Source of the DNA: Candidatus Parcubacteria bacterium
Lineage (GTDB): Bacteria; Patescibacteriota; Minisyncoccia; UBA6257; HR35
Direction of reading: 5' to 3'
Assembly: GCA_026004535.1 (NCBI GenBank)
Contig: BPJI01000001.1
Location: forward strand, 497,424-556,583
DNA: 59,160 nt
A model generated the notes under the pieces. The model was not told the origin of the DNA. It worked only from the letters and a program-made list of their open reading frames with translations, and did no database searches. Shown piece by piece: positions 57,263 to 59,160 of this stretch (position 1 is the stretch's first letter; each line of letters starts with the position of its first letter). The translations under genes and the position numbers were made by a program.

Positions 57263-58357
57263 TTATAATCCACATCCGCTGCCGGTTGAAGGAATGTTTG
57301 GTACATTGGCTAATTTTTTCTCGACGTTTTGAATATAACCCGAAATTGAAGAAAATTTAGCTGACATAATTTCTTTTGGGTCAACATTTTGCCAGTCTTT
57401 GCCTTCAATCAATTTTTTATATAAAGCAATTTTTATATAATTTTGCGGAAACCAAAATGAATTAAGCTGTAATGCTAATTTATAAAGTTCATCTTCTGAA
57501 TAACCTTGAGAAGCAGCCAGTTCTAAAGCGCCAAGTAAAGCTGAACCATGATTACAATCTTGAGCAAATGTTGAATTATCACAACAAGGACGAAAAGTAT
57601 TTTGAGCAACTCGATAAACAATTTCTTCCTGTTCTTTTGTTAATTTTATAATTTCACATTTATTAAAATATTCAGCTCCATTTTCTTTTTTGCCCAACCA
57701 CCAGCCGCCGGTTGAAGCTAAATAAGGAAGCTCTTTTTCAGAGAAAGGAATATTTTTATTAAAATCAGTTTTATTTGAAAGTCCTAAAGGCCAAAGGAGA
57801 TTTAAAAGATAATTAGCAGTTTCTTGATTGATAATTATTGGTTCATTTGAGCCATTAATTATTTTTTGTATATACTCAGGAATTTTACCATTATATAATT
57901 TTTTCATTTTTTCTAAATCAATCACTCCACAATCAATCATTTTTTTAACTGCATCACCAAAAACTATTCTTGTTTTAAATCCTTCCTGAGGCAAAACCTG
58001 GGCAATAATTTGTTGAATTAATGTATCATTAACTCCTTTACCACTTATTTCTGATTTATTGCCTAAATTTGAAATTTTCAAATTAGACAGAAGAAAAACC
58101 AAAATTCCTCCTATCAAGATTCCAATCAAAAGTTGCTTTAAATTAAGTTTTTGTTTTGCATTATTTTCATTTAAAATGCTTTGCTTTTCTTCCTTAGATT
58201 GAAATTTAATTGCTTGTTTCACGATTTCTAAATTACAACTTTGATATTTTTGACACCAATCTTCACATTTTTTTGCTAATATCTCGTTTTCATAAATATG
58301 ATGACATTCTTCACATTGATAATAGATTTTGTTTTCTTTTTGAATTATTTTAACCAT
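57263..58357 (-). CDS. membrane-anchored protein with N-terminal zinc-ribbon-like CxxC pairs and Cys-rich C-terminal domain
   Basis: 364 aa; YYQCEECHH..AKKCEDWC; TM helix; RPCCDNSTFAQDCNHG; no family recognised. Confidence 0.5.
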   Translation of the reverse strand: MVKIIQKENKIYYQCEECHHIYENEILAKKCEDWCQKYQSCNLEIVKQAIKFQSKEEKQSILNENNAKQKLNLKQLLIGILIGGILVFLLSNLKISNLGNKSEISGKGVNDTLIQQIIAQVLPQEGFKTRIVFGDAVKKMIDCGVIDLEKMKKLYNGKIPEYIQKIINGSNEPIIINQETANYLLNLLWPLGLSNKTDFNKNIPFSEKELPYLASTGGWWLGKKENGAEYFNKCEIIKLTKEQEEIVYRVAQNTFRPCCDNSTFAQDCNHGSALLGALELAASQGYSEDELYKLALQLNSFWFPQNYIKIALYKKLIEGKDWQNVDPKEIMSAKFSSISGYIQNVEKKLANVPNIPSTGSGCGL

Positions 58358-58358
58358 T

Positions 58359-59027
58359 TTATTCTTTTTTAATCTCGCTTCTTAATTTTTTAAGCATATA
58401 AATTATACCCAAAATAAGCAAAATTAACACTAAAACCGGAAAAGATAAAATTATTAAAAGCCATAAAAAGCCTAAAATTCCAAAAATTGGCGCTAAAACA
58501 TTCCAGCCTCTCCAATTAGCAAAATTCCACCATCCTTGCCAATAACCCATGCCCGAACTAGGATTCATCCAGTACGGACTAAACATTGGAAAATTTGAAC
58601 CCCACATATGCATCGGCATCATAAAGAAATTATTTGCATTAGTTCGCGTGGAGTTCGAAGATGTTAGCACATCACAGCCCAAAAATCTTTTCCCCATATT
58701 TATATGCATCAACTCTTCTCCTTCTTTGCCATGCATTTGTTCAATCATTTTATTCATTGTTAAATGATCACTCCCGCCAACCATCTGTTCCATTACATAT
58801 TCACCAACTGAATGAAAATCTTCATTAGTTAAATTTTGACATTTAATTTCACCGCGAGAAAATTTCTCAACCAATTCTCTACCCTTCTGAATTTCAGCAT
58901 TAAGTTCAGCGTCTTCAGTATGAGCAAAAGTAAAATTTAAAGAAAAGAGAATTAAAAAACTTAAAAATAATATCTTAATTATTTGTTGCCGTTCGTAATA
59001 TATTCGTTGCAATTTGTGTTTATTCAT
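58359..59027 (-). CDS. Met/His-rich secreted/anchored protein (candidate Cu-binding)
   Basis: 222 aa; HLTMNKMIEQMHGKEGEELMHINMG, MMPMHMW; C-terminal TM. Confidence 0.45.
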   Translation of the reverse strand: MNKHKLQRIYYERQQIIKILFLSFLILFSLNFTFAHTEDAELNAEIQKGRELVEKFSRGEIKCQNLTNEDFHSVGEYVMEQMVGGSDHLTMNKMIEQMHGKEGEELMHINMGKRFLGCDVLTSSNSTRTNANNFFMMPMHMWGSNFPMFSPYWMNPSSGMGYWQGWWNFANWRGWNVLAPIFGILGFLWLLIILSFPVLVLILLILGIIYMLKKLRSEIKKE

Positions 59028-59160
59028 TTTCTTTTTGCTAATTTATAAATTTTTACTAATTCTTTAACTGCGACCTTTTCTTTTTTATTTTTAAATTGTT
59101 CTTTAACATGAGTCTTTAAATGATTTTCTAAAATTAAATCTTCAATTCCTGATAAAGCAT
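59024..59160 (-). CDS. C-terminal part of a CsoR/RcnR-like metal-sensing repressor (partial)
   Basis: Minus-strand translation ...ALSGIEDLILENHLKTHVKEQFKNKKEKVAVKELVKIYKLAKRK*; ATGA overlap with the next gene; assignment tentative. Confidence 0.4.
   Translation of the reverse strand, partial: ALSGIEDLILENHLKTHVKEQFKNKKEKVAVKELVKIYKLAKRK

Overview
AT-rich, gene-dense bacterial chromosome segment. The composition, many overlapping small genes, lamin-tail-domain and Cys-repeat surface proteins, and near absence of Shine-Dalgarno sequences suggest a small-genome Patescibacteria/CPR-like organism (inference). Core genes are an F-type ATP synthase operon (atpB-E-F-H-A-G plus the 5' part of atpD, minus strand), two MacB/LolCDE-type ABC systems, glutamate dehydrogenase and a peroxiredoxin. 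Accessory content includes a Type III R-M locus whose mod and res genes are separated by extra small genes. It also includes decayed YgjP-like and RadC genes, VapBC-like and RelE-like TA pairs, and a redox cluster (Cys-rich 47-aa peptide, VKOR-like, DoxX, cytochrome b5, EncFtn-like ferritin). A carotenoid + photolyase + UvdE block and a copper-type cluster complete it. Four observations stand out. (1) An ~8.1-kb segment is bracketed by 89-bp direct repeats of the 3' end of a macB-like gene. It carries a tight four-gene operon of very divergent TrpD-like / UbiA-like / TrpRS-like / SDR proteins, two methyltransferases and a self-contained, roughly 50% GC foreign trpS cassette. (2) A family of ~50-bp palindromes, with a ~95-bp variant holding a GC-rich module with a compensated hairpin, brackets accessory genes. 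(3) GC-rich ladder palindromes are read through in frame inside gdh and copper-cluster genes. (4) A 1.5-kb stretch of decayed genes has no intact ORF. No rRNA, tRNA or CRISPR array was recognised.
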